Part shown: piece by piece, positions 1-12,387 of the stretch | Numbering within the stretch: the first letter of the stretch is position 1 | How the letters are laid out: each line of letters opens with the position of its first letter | From: Macrostomum lignano | Lineage: Eukaryota | Assembly: GCA_002269645.1 (NCBI GenBank) | Contig: NIVC01001780.1 | Location: 124,001 to 188,000, forward strand | Direction of reading: 5' to 3' | Length of the DNA stretch: 64,000 bases | Notes under the pieces: generated by a model | What the model was told of the DNA's origin: nothing | Database searches by the model: none | Seen by the model: the letters and a program-made list of their open reading frames with translations, nothing else | Made by a program: the position numbers and the translations under genes

Positions 1-350
1 TCTCTAGTCGCTAATCTCTTATCTCTAATTTCTAGTCTCCTTAAACTCTTATCTCTAAATTCTAGTCTCTATAAACTCTAAACTATAATCTCTAGTCTCT
101 ATAAACTCTTATCTCTAATCTCTAGTCTCTAATCTCTAGTCTCTAATCTCTAGTCTCTAATCTCTAATCTCTAGTCTCTAATCTCTAGTCTCTAATCTCC
201 TATCTCTAATTTCGAGTCTCTATAAACTCTTATCTCTAATCGATCTATAGTCTCTAATCTCTTATCTCTAATTTACAATTTCTCATATCTAATCTCCCTT
301 CTTTAATCTCTCTTGTCTAATCTTTAATCTCTAGTATCTAATCTCTGATC
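1..350. repeat. Degenerate TCTCTA(G/A)-type low-complexity tandem repeat
   Basis: Repeated TCTCTAATC/TCTCTAG units read directly; truncated by the window start. Confidence 0.85.
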
Positions 351-377
351 TCTGATCTCTGACGATTAGAAAGTCAG

Positions 378-480
378 AGGCCCGCTGTACACTCTGTGTG
401 AGCGGATTGGGCCGTCAACGATAGGGTTGTGGGACCGATGTCCCCGAAGGCATTGCTTCAGGGTGGCACACACTTCTCAA
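378..480 (+). mobile_element. Divergent 3' fragment related to SINE family B
   Basis: Shares CCGCTGTACACTC(C)TGTGTGAG and GGTTGTG..ATGTC..CAGGGTG(G)CACACA blocks with the element strand of the family-B copies. Confidence 0.5.
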
Positions 481-545
481 CTCTTTGCACTTTTAATTAT
501 CTTTATGAATATATTCTTTTCAAGTAAGTATTTTAGACAAATTAA

Positions 546-800
546 GATATGCAACCGACAGCTCAGCCGCATCTGAAGGCTGCGTACGGCTGTTCAGTCC
601 AAGGACTGGGGGGGGGGGTGGGGTCGCCACACAGCCTCAATTACCCCAGCTAATGCTGGCACCATTTTACAGCTGGGTGAACTGAAGCAATGCAGAGTCA
701 AGTGTCTCTTGCTCAAGGACACAAATTGTTCCCGAGTGGGTCGAGAATCGAACCCCCGACCTTCAAGTCGTGAGTTCGACGCTCAAACTACTAGGCTACA
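546..800 (-). mobile_element. tRNA-derived SINE family A (CORE/MIR-like), copy 1
   Basis: Minus strand starts with an A box (TAGCCTAGTAG) and a B-box-like GGTTCGATTCT. The body is shared with five other copies in the window. Confidence 0.8.
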
Positions 801-1374
801 ACCCTTCGAATTGAAGTTTATTATTATTTCATCAGAAAAAAACACAGAAGCATCTTGATCGAATACTCAAAGCAGAGTAATTGCAATCAAATTTTGCAAC
901 TAAGCAGTTACTCTGATGTTTTAAAATAATCTTGTAGCGTTCCCTAAGCACAGCTGTCATCGTTTAGAACTCAGTCAGTCAGTCACAACGACGTCCCAAA
1001 CTGAACCCTTGAGCTCCCCGAAACGTAAATTCCTCTTCAAGGGAAATCTTGTGACGGAAGTAAATTCTATATTTTGTTCTGTTCCCCAATTTTTCGACTG
1101 ACAGGGAAGAGTGTTGTGACAGTTTTATCGGCAGAACCGCTGCCAGGTCCCTCAGGACAGATTCTCGAGATGATTTCGGCGAAAGAGAGGCTGACATTAG
1201 AGGCAGACAGAAATGATTGAGTGAACAAGAATTTGCTAAAGATTTTCTCCGTTTTTTCCTCTGTCAAGTGCGGACTGAGTTGATTTGCCTGCAAACTGAT
1301 TTGAGCAACTGCTCAGCGAGTGCGCTTGCACCAGGAAAATTAAGGCCGTAAATCTTAGCTTTACTCATGTAGGA

Positions 1375-1573
1375 TTCTGCTCATAAACCTATGGATTCTG
1401 CTCATTAACCTATGGATTCTGCTCATAAACCTATGGATTCCGCTAATAAAAATATGGATTCTGCTCATAAACCTATGGATTCTGCTCATTAACCTATGGA
1501 TTCTGCTCATTAACCTATAGATTCTGATCATAAACCTATGGAATCCGCTAATAAAAATATGGATTCTGCTCAT
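1375..1573. repeat. Minisatellite, 21-bp unit ATTCTGCTCATAAACCTATGG
   Basis: About 9 tandem units read directly. Confidence 0.9.
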
Positions 1574-1659
1574 AAAACATTACACTTGTAAATTCATGGA
1601 TTTTGTTTAAAATATCAAAGTTTGATTTTTAACAAATTGTGCTCATGGCACAATCATAG

Positions 1660-2190
1660 ATAACTGCTCATAGCACAGTCATAGACACTGCTTATAGCAC
1701 AGTCATAGACACTGCTCTTAGCATAGTCATAGACACTGCTCATAGCACAGTCACAGATACTGCTCATGGCACAGTCACAGATACTGCTCATAGCACAGTC
1801 ATAGATACTGCTCATAGCACAGTCATAGACACTGCTCATAGCACAGTCACAGATACTGCTCATAGCAAAGTCATAGATACTGCTCATAGCATAGTCACAG
1901 ATACTGCTCATAGCACAGTCACAGATACTGCTCATAGCAAAGTCATAGATACTGCTCATAGCACAGTCACAGATACTGCTCATAGCACAGTCATAGATAC
2001 TGCTCATAGCACAGTCACAGATACTGCTCATAGCAAAGTCATAGATACTGCTCATAGCACAGTCACAGATACTGCTCATAGCAAAGTCATAGATACTGCT
2101 CATAGCATAGTCACAGATACTGCTCATAGCACAGTCATAGATACTGCTCATAGCGCAGTCATAGATACTGCTTATAGCAGATACTGCTCA
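1660..2190. repeat. Minisatellite, 24-bp unit GCACAGTCATAGATACTGCTCATA
   Basis: About 21 tandem units; explains ORF 1654..2151. Confidence 0.95.
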
Positions 2191-2829
2191 GGGTTTTTGG
2201 AAAACAATATTTCTAGAATCAAACGAGAGCAATATTCTCCTGTTTGTTACATTGCTTCTCCTGCACACTCCGACACCGAACTCTGATGAAGTTCCGCATT
2301 GATCGCAGACTAGAGGAATCATAGAAAAGAGTGATGAAGTGCACGAAACTCCCCACGCGATACCCAGACTGTTGAACAGTCGAGTCTGGCTTCAATTCCG
2401 CATGGCAACACATTTCCATCAAATGAGAAGATAGATATATATTCGACTAGCAGTAGATAGGGAAACTTTTAAATAAAATAAAAAATTAAGGTTAGTTCTA
2501 GTATAGTCAGAATTAGGAATAATCTAGTGAGGCATCTGGTCCAGTGCGCGTGTACTTCTGTGCACTTTGGTACGCAAATTTTACGATAGTCATTTCGTAC
2601 TGCAATAATTACCGTATAATGTTACCTATGACTGATTGAACTGAGTTTTTATCAATGATTTAAACAAAAAAATGTAACGCTTTTTAAAAATATCTTTTCT
2701 AACCATCACGGGACTGTCTGATGTCTGTCCTTCCATCTTCAGATAATAAAGATTGAGTCCGATACAAATTTGATATCATTTTCTATCTCTTTTTACGATT
2801 TCGCTTGTTGTTGTTTCGAGTGTTGGATG

Positions 2830-3400
2830 TCAATAGCTTCAAGTTGGCTGTCAGTAGCTTCAAGTTGGCTGTCAGTAGCTTCAAGTTGGCTGTCAGTAGC
2901 TTCAAGTTGGCTGTCAGTAGCTTAAAGTTGGCTGTCTGCAGCTTAAGATTGGCTGTCAGTAGCTTAAAATTGGCTGTCAGTAGCCTAAAATTGGCTGTCT
3001 GCAGCTTAAGATTGGCTGTCAGTAGCTTCAAGTTGGCTGTCAGTAGCTTAAAATTGGCTGTCAGTAGCTTAAAGTTGGCTGTCTGCAGCTTAAGATTGGC
3101 TGTCAGTAGCTTAAAATTGGCTGTCAGTAGCCTAAAATTGGCTGTCTGTAGCTTAAAATTGGCTGTCAGTAGCCTAAAATTGGCTGTCTGTAGCTTAAAA
3201 TTGGCTGTCAGTAGCCTAAATGTAGCTTAAAATTGGCTTTCAGTAGCCTAAATGTAGCTTAAAATTGGCTGTCAGTAGCCTAAAATTGGCTGTCAGTAGC
3301 TTAAAGTTGGCTGTCAGTAGCTTAAAGTTGGATGTCAGTAGTTTAAAGTTGACTGACAGTAGCTTAAAGTTCGGCTGTCAGTAGCTCTCAACCAGGTGTC
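2830..3400. repeat. Minisatellite, 21-bp unit TTGGCTGTCAGTAGCTTAAAG
   Basis: About 25 tandem units read directly. Confidence 0.95.
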
Positions 3401-4799
3401 AGTAACCCAAACTTGAGTGTCAAACGGCTCGAGTTGGTTAAAAAGACTTCAAGTACTCAACGTAATCCACTCTTTCACACAATCATCCCCCCATCGCACC
3501 TCCTCATTGATTTCTCTTTGAAAATTGACATCCTTAAAATGCTCACTGAAGAGAACTCGTTTAAGCGATCACTCTAGCCTAGCAGGTATTTAGCGAGCTT
3601 ACGGGAGGCCCCACACCTCGATTCTTGCAGCTCTTCAGAACTTCCTCTTGCCGTTAGCAGCACCCGTCAGCTCCACCAGCTTAAATCACGGTTCCCTGCG
3701 GAGCTCCAAATAGTCTGGGTAGAACTTTTTTTCACTTCGAGTTTTCAGATGAGGTGGTGGGGCGAGAGAGGCGAAACTCTTGCAGAATCATTAGGGAACT
3801 CTTTTTAGTAGTCGCTTGTCGAACGGGCACTTAATTATCGGAGTAGGGGAAGAGTCGGGAGCTGAGGTCTTCTCAAAGTCTACCGAATCGCACACTCCCT
3901 TACCCTGGAATCTCTGACGGCACAGGCCAAGTCGCGCTGCTAATGAAGGACTCAAGGTTACTTCTCAATTTTCTACTCTGGGGTTCTTTCCTACTCACAT
4001 CGTCGGGTCTAAAAATTTAGTCAATATTAGGCGTAGCGAGTGAATTGGGGAGACTTTGCAGCGATTTGGGATAATGTGTGTCATGTGTCCCCGCCTCGAC
4101 CTCCCGCGGGTTGTCCCCATTGGCACTGCCTGATTACGTAACCAAGCAAATCCAGCGTAAAATAAGAGGGCGGTGGCAAAGAAGAGGCTGGCAGGGCTGA
4201 CTGACTGACTGGTATCCAAGACTTTGCTTTTGCTGAAGAAGACGCACTGCGCAGACACACGGAGATGGGGTGAGAACAAGTGTCTGTGTTGCAGGGCCTA
4301 TCAGTCAATTCCTTTTTTGGATGCCACACGTCCTCCATAATATTGTTGTCAAAGGAGAATTTCCACCAGAGAAATATAAGAGAATTATGTCTTTTTTCTT
4401 AAATAGATGGAGCTCCAGATACCCGACCAGATCTTGCATGTCAAGAAGATGAAAGTCTTGCAGGAAACTGGAAATTGTGAGGCGGGGAAGCTGCTCAGAA
4501 GCATGATCTGAAAGTATAATTTGAGCACGAAAAGAATCGAGAGTTTCTGCAGACATCTTTTCGCGTTGGATATCGAGAGCGCAGGTTTTTAATTCGGAGA
4601 CCGGAGACCGCGGATCCGTTCTCAGGGACAGTTTTCGAGGCTCTAATTGCTCTGGAAAAAAAGCCCGAAATTTCAAAGTTCTTTTCTGCTCCAGGTGGAA
4701 CTTATTTCAGGTCAATTTGAGGTCTTTCTTCAGGGCAAAAGCTTCATCGAATGACGCCTTTTCTTAGGATATATTTCGCCTCATCATGCCCCCCCCCAT

Positions 4800-5030
4800 T
4801 TTATCTCATCTCATCACATCTCATCTTTATCACTTCTTATCTCATCTCACCTCATCTCATCTCATCTCATCTCATCTTGTCTCATCTAATCTCGTCTCGT
4901 CTCACCATGTCTCATCTCATCCTATATCATATCACCTCATCTCATCTCAATAGCTTCTCTTCTAAGATTGTTTAATCTATTAAATATCGTCTTATCTCGT
5001 CTGTTCTTATCTAATCAAATCTTATCACAT
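4800..5030. repeat. Degenerate (ATCTC)n microsatellite
   Basis: Read directly. Confidence 0.85.
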
Positions 5031-5038
5031 CTACCGTT

Positions 5039-5413
5039 TTTTTATTAGAGGCAGGGGGGTTGTGTGCACCCTGGCGCACTTTAAGCGACATAGGCACACA
5101 ACCGGCGAGAGGCATTACTGGCCATTCCGCCGACTCCCCTGAGCAGGCATACAAGCGCGCGGATACGTACGCAGGCACACACTCACACAGGAGTGTACAG
5201 CGGCCCTATTATTAACTTTATATTATCGTTAGGCATGTACACTTCACTGCGCCTTGGGGGGGGGGGTTGGCTCTCAAGGCCGTTAATTGCACGAGCAGAG
5301 CCAAGCCGAGATTCCAATTCAGCCCCAAATTAATGTGACTGCACTTGGAATCGAGCCTGGGTCGCTGGCACCAGAGCAGCTGCGCTACCGCTGGGCTACG
5401 CCCCCCCCCCTTA
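5039..5413 (-). mobile_element. tRNA-derived SINE family B, copy 1, with 13-bp TSD
   Basis: Minus strand has A box TAGCCCAGCGG, B-box-like GGCTCGATTCC and an AATAAAA tail. TSD CACATCTACCGTT at 5026-5038 and 5414-5426. Confidence 0.9.
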
Positions 5414-5507
5414 CACATCTACCGTTATCTCTAAAATGATCAACTAATCTCTTCATTTTTATTATTGATCTAATCTCAAACTAAATCTGATCTCCTTCCA
5501 CTTGCAG

Positions 5508-7704
5508 GTCTACCGGCCGCTCTACATGATGGACTGTCGAGGCGGTGCAGGCGGCGGCGGTCCCCCAGACTGCCTGGCAATGCAGGAGCACTTCGCCCCG
5601 ATCAACCGCAGCAACCACACCTTCGGCAGAGCTGTGCCCGGGTCGCCAAGGGTAAGCGAGGAACCACCTGCTTGCTTGGAGTTGGTGATGGCATTGAATG
5701 CAAACATCTGCTGCTGCCATTGGGATATAATTCACAATTATCCCTACGCAGAATAGGATATTTATCCTTTCTCTCCTATCGCTGTGCTGACTCTGTTCTG
5801 CAGATGTGATGAAAAAAAAATTAGGGACTGTTATGGACCAGTGTTATTCTGACCATATGATGGAGTTATTTTTTCTAATTTTACAAAGAAAATTCACTTT
5901 TCTGACTTTTGAATTTTGGATTTGAATTTGTCTGCTTTCTGTGGGCGTCTGTCTATCTAAAAATATTACGAATAGTAATAGTCAATGTCCTAGATTTAAA
6001 TTACATGTAAGGTCGTTTTATATCTTGACGTCTCTAGATATTCAGTAGATTTCTCTATATTTCCATTAGATCTCTGTAGATATTCAGTAGATATCTCTAG
6101 ATATTTACTAGTTCTTTCTAGATATTCAATAGATTTCTCTAGATATCCAGTAGAGTTCTCTAGATATTCACATAATTTCTCCAGATATTCACTAGATTTT
6201 TCTAAACATCCACGAGATTTCTAAAGATTTCTACTAGATCTTTCTAGATGTCCACTAGATGTCTCTATTTTTTACACTAGATCTCTCGATCTTCAGACAT
6301 CTATGTGTACATGTTTGAGATGTCTCAAATTAATTCACTAGAGAAGTTTTTTCCGTATTTCTCTAAATAGACAGATAATCCAGACGATCGCTGATGCCAC
6401 AACCAACAGAAGCACTATATATAAAATCATTTCATCATATTTCTGATTTCTATCCAGTTATAAAATATCACACACACACACTGCGCCACCAACTATGCAA
6501 AGGAAGTCAGGCATATTGGGGGTGGATTTAATCCTAACTAAACTGACCCAACTGACCCAATAAATATGATTGACAATTGGTCGTTCCATAGGAAGAGAGA
6601 GGAGACAGAGGGGCTGCCGCTACGCACACACTGCCAGCTAGTGGTGGACAAAGCGTTGCTATTAAATAGCCTTTGAACTGAGACCCTGGCGGCCCACGTG
6701 AGCCCACGTGACACCATTTTTTACTTTTTCATCTCTCGCCCTCTGCAGCATTGATTTCGCCACTTCAGTCATCAGAGTCTAATAATTGGGCTAGACATTT
6801 TTTCTACTTCTCAACTGGGTCTTTAAATTTCTGCTAACCCCCGACTTATTATCAATTAATAATAAAAATTGATTACACCTGCCCCAATTGGGCCCCAGAT
6901 GTGCAACCGACAGCTCAGCCGCAGCTATTAATACCCTCAATTAACGCAGCTAATGCTGGCACCCATTTTACAGCTGGGTGAACTGGAGCAATGCAGAGTT
7001 AAATGTCCTGCTCAAGGAAAGACACAAATTGTTCCGAGCGGGATCGGGAATCGAACCCCCAACCTTCAAGTCGTGAGTCCGACGCTCTAATCACTAGGCC
7101 TGTAAACATCACAGAGGTCTAGGTTTGGGCCCAGCAGTCACAGATCTCCCTGTGTTTGAGAGCGTTGACTAGAGGACCTTACTTTTAGTGACTGACTATT
7201 GCCAACCTCGGACTTCGGACATTTGTTAGTCAGAAAAAACATAAAGAGGGACTTTAGGAGCAATTTTTTGGGGAAATTTTCAAGACTGCAAAGTTTGTAC
7301 AATATGACACTTTGCAGCGAGGGACAAACAAACCTGTTTTTTTTCTAGCCTATAAATCGTTTCTATTAAAGTCACTCAATGTTTCTGGGGCCATACTTTG
7401 TCAGAGCTTGGCAAACATCACTGTTTGCGAGGGCAGGGAAAGTATAGAACTCTTTCCTACATAGTGTGACAGAGGCCATATAATATCCCTTAAGTTATAC
7501 TCCCCCAAATCTCCCCTTCCCACAGCCCGTGTTTGCAAGTTTGCTCACCCATACAGCGGGGTCTGGGCTGGGGGGGGGGGGCTGGAAGTTTGAGAAGGTA
7601 AAACATTAAAGCGACTCGGTTAAGTTCCGTCAGTGAGACAAGCCGCATAATGTGTGCTCAAATATCTGAGCACAGACAGACACAGCTCGGGGGTTCGGAC
7701 ACTG

Positions 7705-7758
<54 letters not shown>

Positions 7759-7759
7759 T

Positions 7760-7796
<37 letters not shown>

Positions 7797-10700
7797 CGAT
7801 TTTTACCGTCTCAGCCATGTCCTGAGAAATCTTTCAATTTCTTTCGGCACAGAGCAAGTCTTCCGGCTTTGGCCAAAACTGTTTCTAGGAAACACTACAC
7901 TTGCACGTAGAAATTACCTTTTGGATAGCGATCTCTGATCTACCTGTTTGGCTGTCTACTGTCTACTGTCTGACTTGTCTGGCTGTCTACTGTCTATTGT
8001 CCACTGTCTACTGTCCACTATCTACTATCTACTGTCTGACTTGTCTGGCTGTCTACTGTCTATCGTCTACTATCTACTGTCTACTGTTTACTGTCTACTT
8101 GTCTACTGTCTATTGTCCACTGTCTACTGTCCACTATCTACTGTCTACTATCTACTGTCTACTGTCTACTGTCCACTATCTACTATCTACTGTCTACTTG
8201 TCTATTTGTCGACTTTCTACTTGTCTACTGTCTACTATCTACTGTCTAATATCTACCTTCTACTCTCTACTTCTCTCTGTTCTACTAATTATTTACGCTC
8301 TACCATCCTTTCTTCCCAACTCTAATTCTCATTTCTAAGAATTCTTCGAAGTAAAACCCAAAATCAGTTCGCTGCATCTGCAAAAGCAACAGCAGGCAGA
8401 AATGTTGCTACAAATGCGCCCCAAATTGACTCTCAAGGGAATCCGAACAAGGAATCTGCGCGATTGCGTAACACCCCATCGTCCATCCGGTTAGCAGTAG
8501 ATAAATTAAAAAATATCTAACCTGCTGAATGACCCGAGAAAGATTTCTTAGCCTGTTATCGCTCTTTGCTGCTTTTCAATTGCTTGTGAATCAATCAGCA
8601 AGTTGCTTTTAGTGCCTCGGAAGGCAGATAAGGTGATAATTTCTGCTTTTTTGATGTAAAGAGGCCACAGTTCCTGTGCAACTTTCAGCTAGCTGAAGTG
8701 AAACAAATTAAAATGTTTAGGGATACATAATGCTTCCCGATTCGCTCCTGAGTGCTTCCTGATTCACTCCTGAGTGCTTCCTGATTCACTCCTGAGTGCT
8801 TTTTGATTCACACCTTAGTGCTTCCTGATTCACTCCTGAGTGCTTCCCGATTCGCTCCTGAGTGCTTCCTGATTCACTCCTGAGTGCTTCCTGATTCACT
8901 CCTGAGTGCTTTTTGATTCACACCTTAGTGCTTCCTGATTCACTCCTGAGTGCTTTCTGATTCACTCCTGAGTGCTTCTTGATTCACTCCTGAGTGCTTC
9001 CTGATTCACTCCTGAGTGCTTTCTGATTCACTACTGAGTGCCACTGATTCACTCCTGGGTGCCTCTGATTCACTCCTGATGAGTGCCTCTGATTCACTAC
9101 TGAGTGCTTCCTGATTCACTCCTGAGTGCTTCCTGATTCACTCCTGAGTGCTTTCTGATTCACTCCTGAGTGCTTCCTGATTCACTCCTGAGTGCTTTCT
9201 GATTCACTCCTGAGTGCTTCCTGATTCACTCCTGAGTGCTTTCTGATTCACTACTGAGTGCCACTGATTCACTCCTGGGTGCCTCTGATTCACTCCTGAT
9301 GAGTGCCTCTGATTCACTCCTGATGAGTGCCACTGATTCACTCCTGATGAGTGCCACTGGTTCACTCCTGATGAGTGCCACTGATTCACTCCTGATGAGT
9401 GCCTCTGATTCACTCCTGTTGAGTGCCACTGACTCACTCCTGATGAGTGCCACTGATTCACTCCTGATGAGTGCCACTGATTCACTCCTGATGAGTGCCA
9501 CTGATTCACTCCTGGGTGCCTCTGATTCACTCCTGATGAGTGCCTCTGATTCACTACTGAGTGCTTCCTGATTTACTCCTGAGTGCTTTCTGATTCACTC
9601 CTGAGTGCTTCTTGATTCACTCCTGAGTGCTTCCTGATTCACTCCTGAGTGCTTTCTGATTCACTACTGAGTGCCACTGATTCACTCCTGGGTGCCTCTG
9701 ATTCACTCCTGATGAGTGCCTCTGATTCACTACTGAGTGCTTCCTGATTCACTCCTGAGTGCTTCCTGATTCACTCCTGAGTGCTTTCTGATTCACTCCT
9801 GAGTGCTTCCTGATTCACTCCTGAGTGCTTTCTGATTCACTCCTGAGTGCTTTCTGATTCACTACTGAGTGCCACTGATTCACTCCTGGGTGCCTCTGAT
9901 TCACTCCTGATGAGTGCCACTGATTCACTCCTGATGAGTGCCTCTGATTCACTCCTGATGAGTGCCTCTGATTCACTACTGAGTGCCACTGATTCACTCC
10001 TGATGAGTGCCTCTGATTCACTCCTGATGAGTGCCACTGATTCACTCCTGATGAGTGCCTCTGATTCACTACTGAGTGCCACGGATTCACTCCTGATGAG
10101 TGCCTCTGATTCACTCCTGATGAGTGCCACTGATTCACTCCTGATGAGGGCCACTGATTCACTCCTGATGAGTGCCTCTGATTCACTCCCGTGACCTCTC
10201 TAGAGCTTAGAGAATACCACTACATTAACAAACTCTTTTTTAACATCATATATGACCTAACAGAAATTTTCATAGTTCAAGGTAAACAACTATACGAAGT
10301 TAATAGGTTAACAAGTTTGTGGAACAAGCATGGTGCCTGACTGATTTATATTACCTCATTCCGTGATCTCCGCAATGGGGAGTGGGCAACTGCAGTCACC
10401 TCTGTTTGCCAAACAGGGGTATCTGTATCTGCAGGGGGCCTGCTGTCCCAGCTGCATGGTGATAAATGAACGCAGGGTATTCTGGTCTGTTTGCGGCTTC
10501 AAGGTACGAATGGTAGGAACAAGCTGGTTGGACCGCTGCATCACTGAACATATCCTGACAATCCTGCATTGACAGCCTGTAGGCAGAGCCAGGGAACTGT
10601 TTAGAACCTCATCTATAAATTCCCCAAAATATGAACTGGAAGCTGAATTTATGGAAAAGTCAGTTTGAAATTTCAGCGGGAGATGGTGCACTTGCAGACT

Positions 10701-12387
10701 GAATGAAGAGACACGAAATTGACGTGACTGCATAGGTATTGAATCGGTGTCAGTGGATGCCAGTCTGGGGGTGTCAGGGGTGCCAGTTTGGGTGTCAGGG
10801 GTGCCAGTTTGGGTGTCAGGGGTGCCAGTTTCGGTGTCAGATGTGCCAGTTTGGGTGTCAGAAGATGCCAGTCTGGGGGTGTCAGGGGATGCCAGTTTGG
10901 GTGTCAGGGGATGCCAGTTTGGGTGTCAGGGGATGCCAGTTTGGGTGTCAGTAGATGCCAGTTTGGGTGTCAGGGGATGCCAGTTTGGGTGTCAGAGGTT
11001 GCCAGTTTGGGTGTCAGTAGATGCCAGTTTGGGTGTCAGAGGTTGCCAGTTTGGGTGTCAGTAGATGCCAGTTTGGCTGTCAGGGGATGCCAGTTTGGGT
11101 GTCAGTAGATGCCAGTTTGGGTGTCGGAGGTTGCCAGTTTAAGTTTATTATGATCAAGCCGCAGATTTTATCCCTCAGCTACAATGTTGTGGCATCCGCT
11201 TATTCATGAAATCCAGCTACAGCTAAAGAGATTAAAATTCAAAAAATAGCCGAGGTAGAAGCTTACCAGTTTATCCTGCTACCGGCATAACAACGGATAG
11301 AAGGTCAACTAAGAATTTATTGTTGTCAGGCACACATCATTTACAACTTGCTTTACCAACCTTAATTTTTTGTGTCAGTCAAGCTACTGATGAAGATGAG
11401 ACCTTGGGGAGGCTGAGCATGAAGTTTAACATTATTTGAGTTCAAAGAACGGCAACTTTGATAATCAGTGGAGTTGAGTATAGTGCAGTGTTTACCTGAT
11501 AACTCTCTAGAGCTGTCCTACGACTCTCTAGATCTGCCTAGATAACTATAGATCTCACTATATCTCCTTAGTTATCTAGTTCTCTCTAGAACTCTCTAAA
11601 ACTCTCTATATCTCTTTAGAACTCTCTAGATCACTTTAAGAACTATTTAGAACTCTCTAGAACTCTCTAAAACTCTCTATATCTCTTTAGAACTCTCTAG
11701 ATCACTTTAAGAACTATTTAGATCTGACTAGGACTCTCTAGATCTCTCTAGAACTCTCTATAACTCTCTGGATCATTCTAGAACTCTCTAGGTCTCTCTC
11801 TATAACTCTCTAGAACTCTCTAAACTTCTTTTCTGTATCTCTTCAAGAGCTCTCTAGATCTCTTTCAGAGCTCTCTAGATCTCTCTCAGAGCTCTCTAGA
11901 TCTCTCTCAGAGCTCTCTAGACCATACAAGACTCTCCAGATCTCTCAACTTTATAGATCTGTCGAGAACTTCCTCTTTGGCTATCCTGAAGTTTCTCGAT
12001 CTTAAACACGAATATCTGCCGCCTTCATAAATGCTTATTGTAATTTTAATAATCACCATTCCTTCTCTTCCACTACAGCCTCCGCCAGCAATGCTCTCTT
12101 GCTCAGGCGGCCTGGCTCCAGTCTCTCAGAGCCAGCAGCAGCAGCCGCCGCCTCATCAGCCTCATCACGAGCGTCGCAACTCCGAAGACGCCAGCGTGGA
12201 CGACTCCGGACGAGGCGGTTCCGTTGAGGACATCAAACCAGGCGTAGGCGGAGTCCTTGGCACCTTCGTGTCGCCGGCTTCAGCCAGCAGCGGCAGCGGC
12301 GCCACAATCAGGAGGGGCCAGCAGCACCAGCACGCCAGCACCCTCCTGGTCAGACCGGATCCCAGCGCCTCAGGCACCATGATCTGA
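5508..12387 (+). CDS. Last coding exons of an unidentified spliced gene (exons 5508-5651 and 12079-12387)
   Basis: Exon 5508-5651 is flanked by TTGCAG and GTAAGC (phase 0/0, VYRPLYMMDC...GSPR). Exon 12079-12387 follows CTTCCACTACAG (phase 0, PPPAMLS...GTMI*). Both are GC-rich islands in AT- and repeat-rich introns. The family is not recognised, and joining the two exons is inference. Confidence 0.65.
6035..6300. repeat. Degenerate TCTCTAGATATTCA-type tandem repeat
   Basis: Repeated TCTCTAGA/CTAGAT units. Confidence 0.7.
6869..7100 (-). mobile_element. SINE family A, copy 2
   Basis: Same body as 546-800; includes the family 3' end (ACACCTGCCCCAATTGG on +). Confidence 0.8.
7704..7793. repeat. 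(CT)n microsatellite
   Basis: Read directly. Confidence 0.95.
7950..8280. repeat. (CTACTGT)n 7-bp degenerate repeat
   Basis: Read directly. Confidence 0.9.
8735..10190. repeat. Minisatellite with 22-bp (CTGATTCACTCCTGAGTGCTTC) and 24-bp (CTGATTCACTCCTGATGAGTGCCA) variants in alternating blocks
   Basis: About 60 units with block-level duplication. Confidence 0.95.
10750..11140. repeat. Minisatellite, 22-bp unit GGGTGTCAG(GGG/TAG)ATGCCAGTTT
   Basis: About 17 units read directly. Confidence 0.95.
11500..11960. repeat. Degenerate CTCTCTAGA tandem repeat
   Basis: Read directly. Confidence 0.8.

Noticed and set aside
979-4700. Short minus-strand ORFs in unique islands (1067-1294, 2219-2422, 4305-4676) as a nested gene or decayed transposon
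   Set aside because: No recognisable motif and no consistent splice-phase chain could be built.
5039-5062. SINE B 3' end (CCCCCTGCCTCTAA) resembling the LINE 3' end (CCCCCTGCAGCTAA)
   Set aside because: Only about 12 low-complexity bases match, and SINE B lacks the GCTGCA/TGCAGC stem and AGTCA tail; too weak to claim a SINE-LINE partnership.
8340-8495. Possible extra exon of the + strand gene
   Set aside because: The open frame after the candidate acceptor is not phase 0, so it does not fit the flanking phase-0 exons.
8735-10190. Repeated CTGATGAG resembling the hammerhead ribozyme core (retrozyme array)
   Set aside because: No GAAA/GAAAC partner or stem II/III in the units. GTGATGA-AGTGCAC-GAAAC near 2333 lacks the conserved C and flanking stems.
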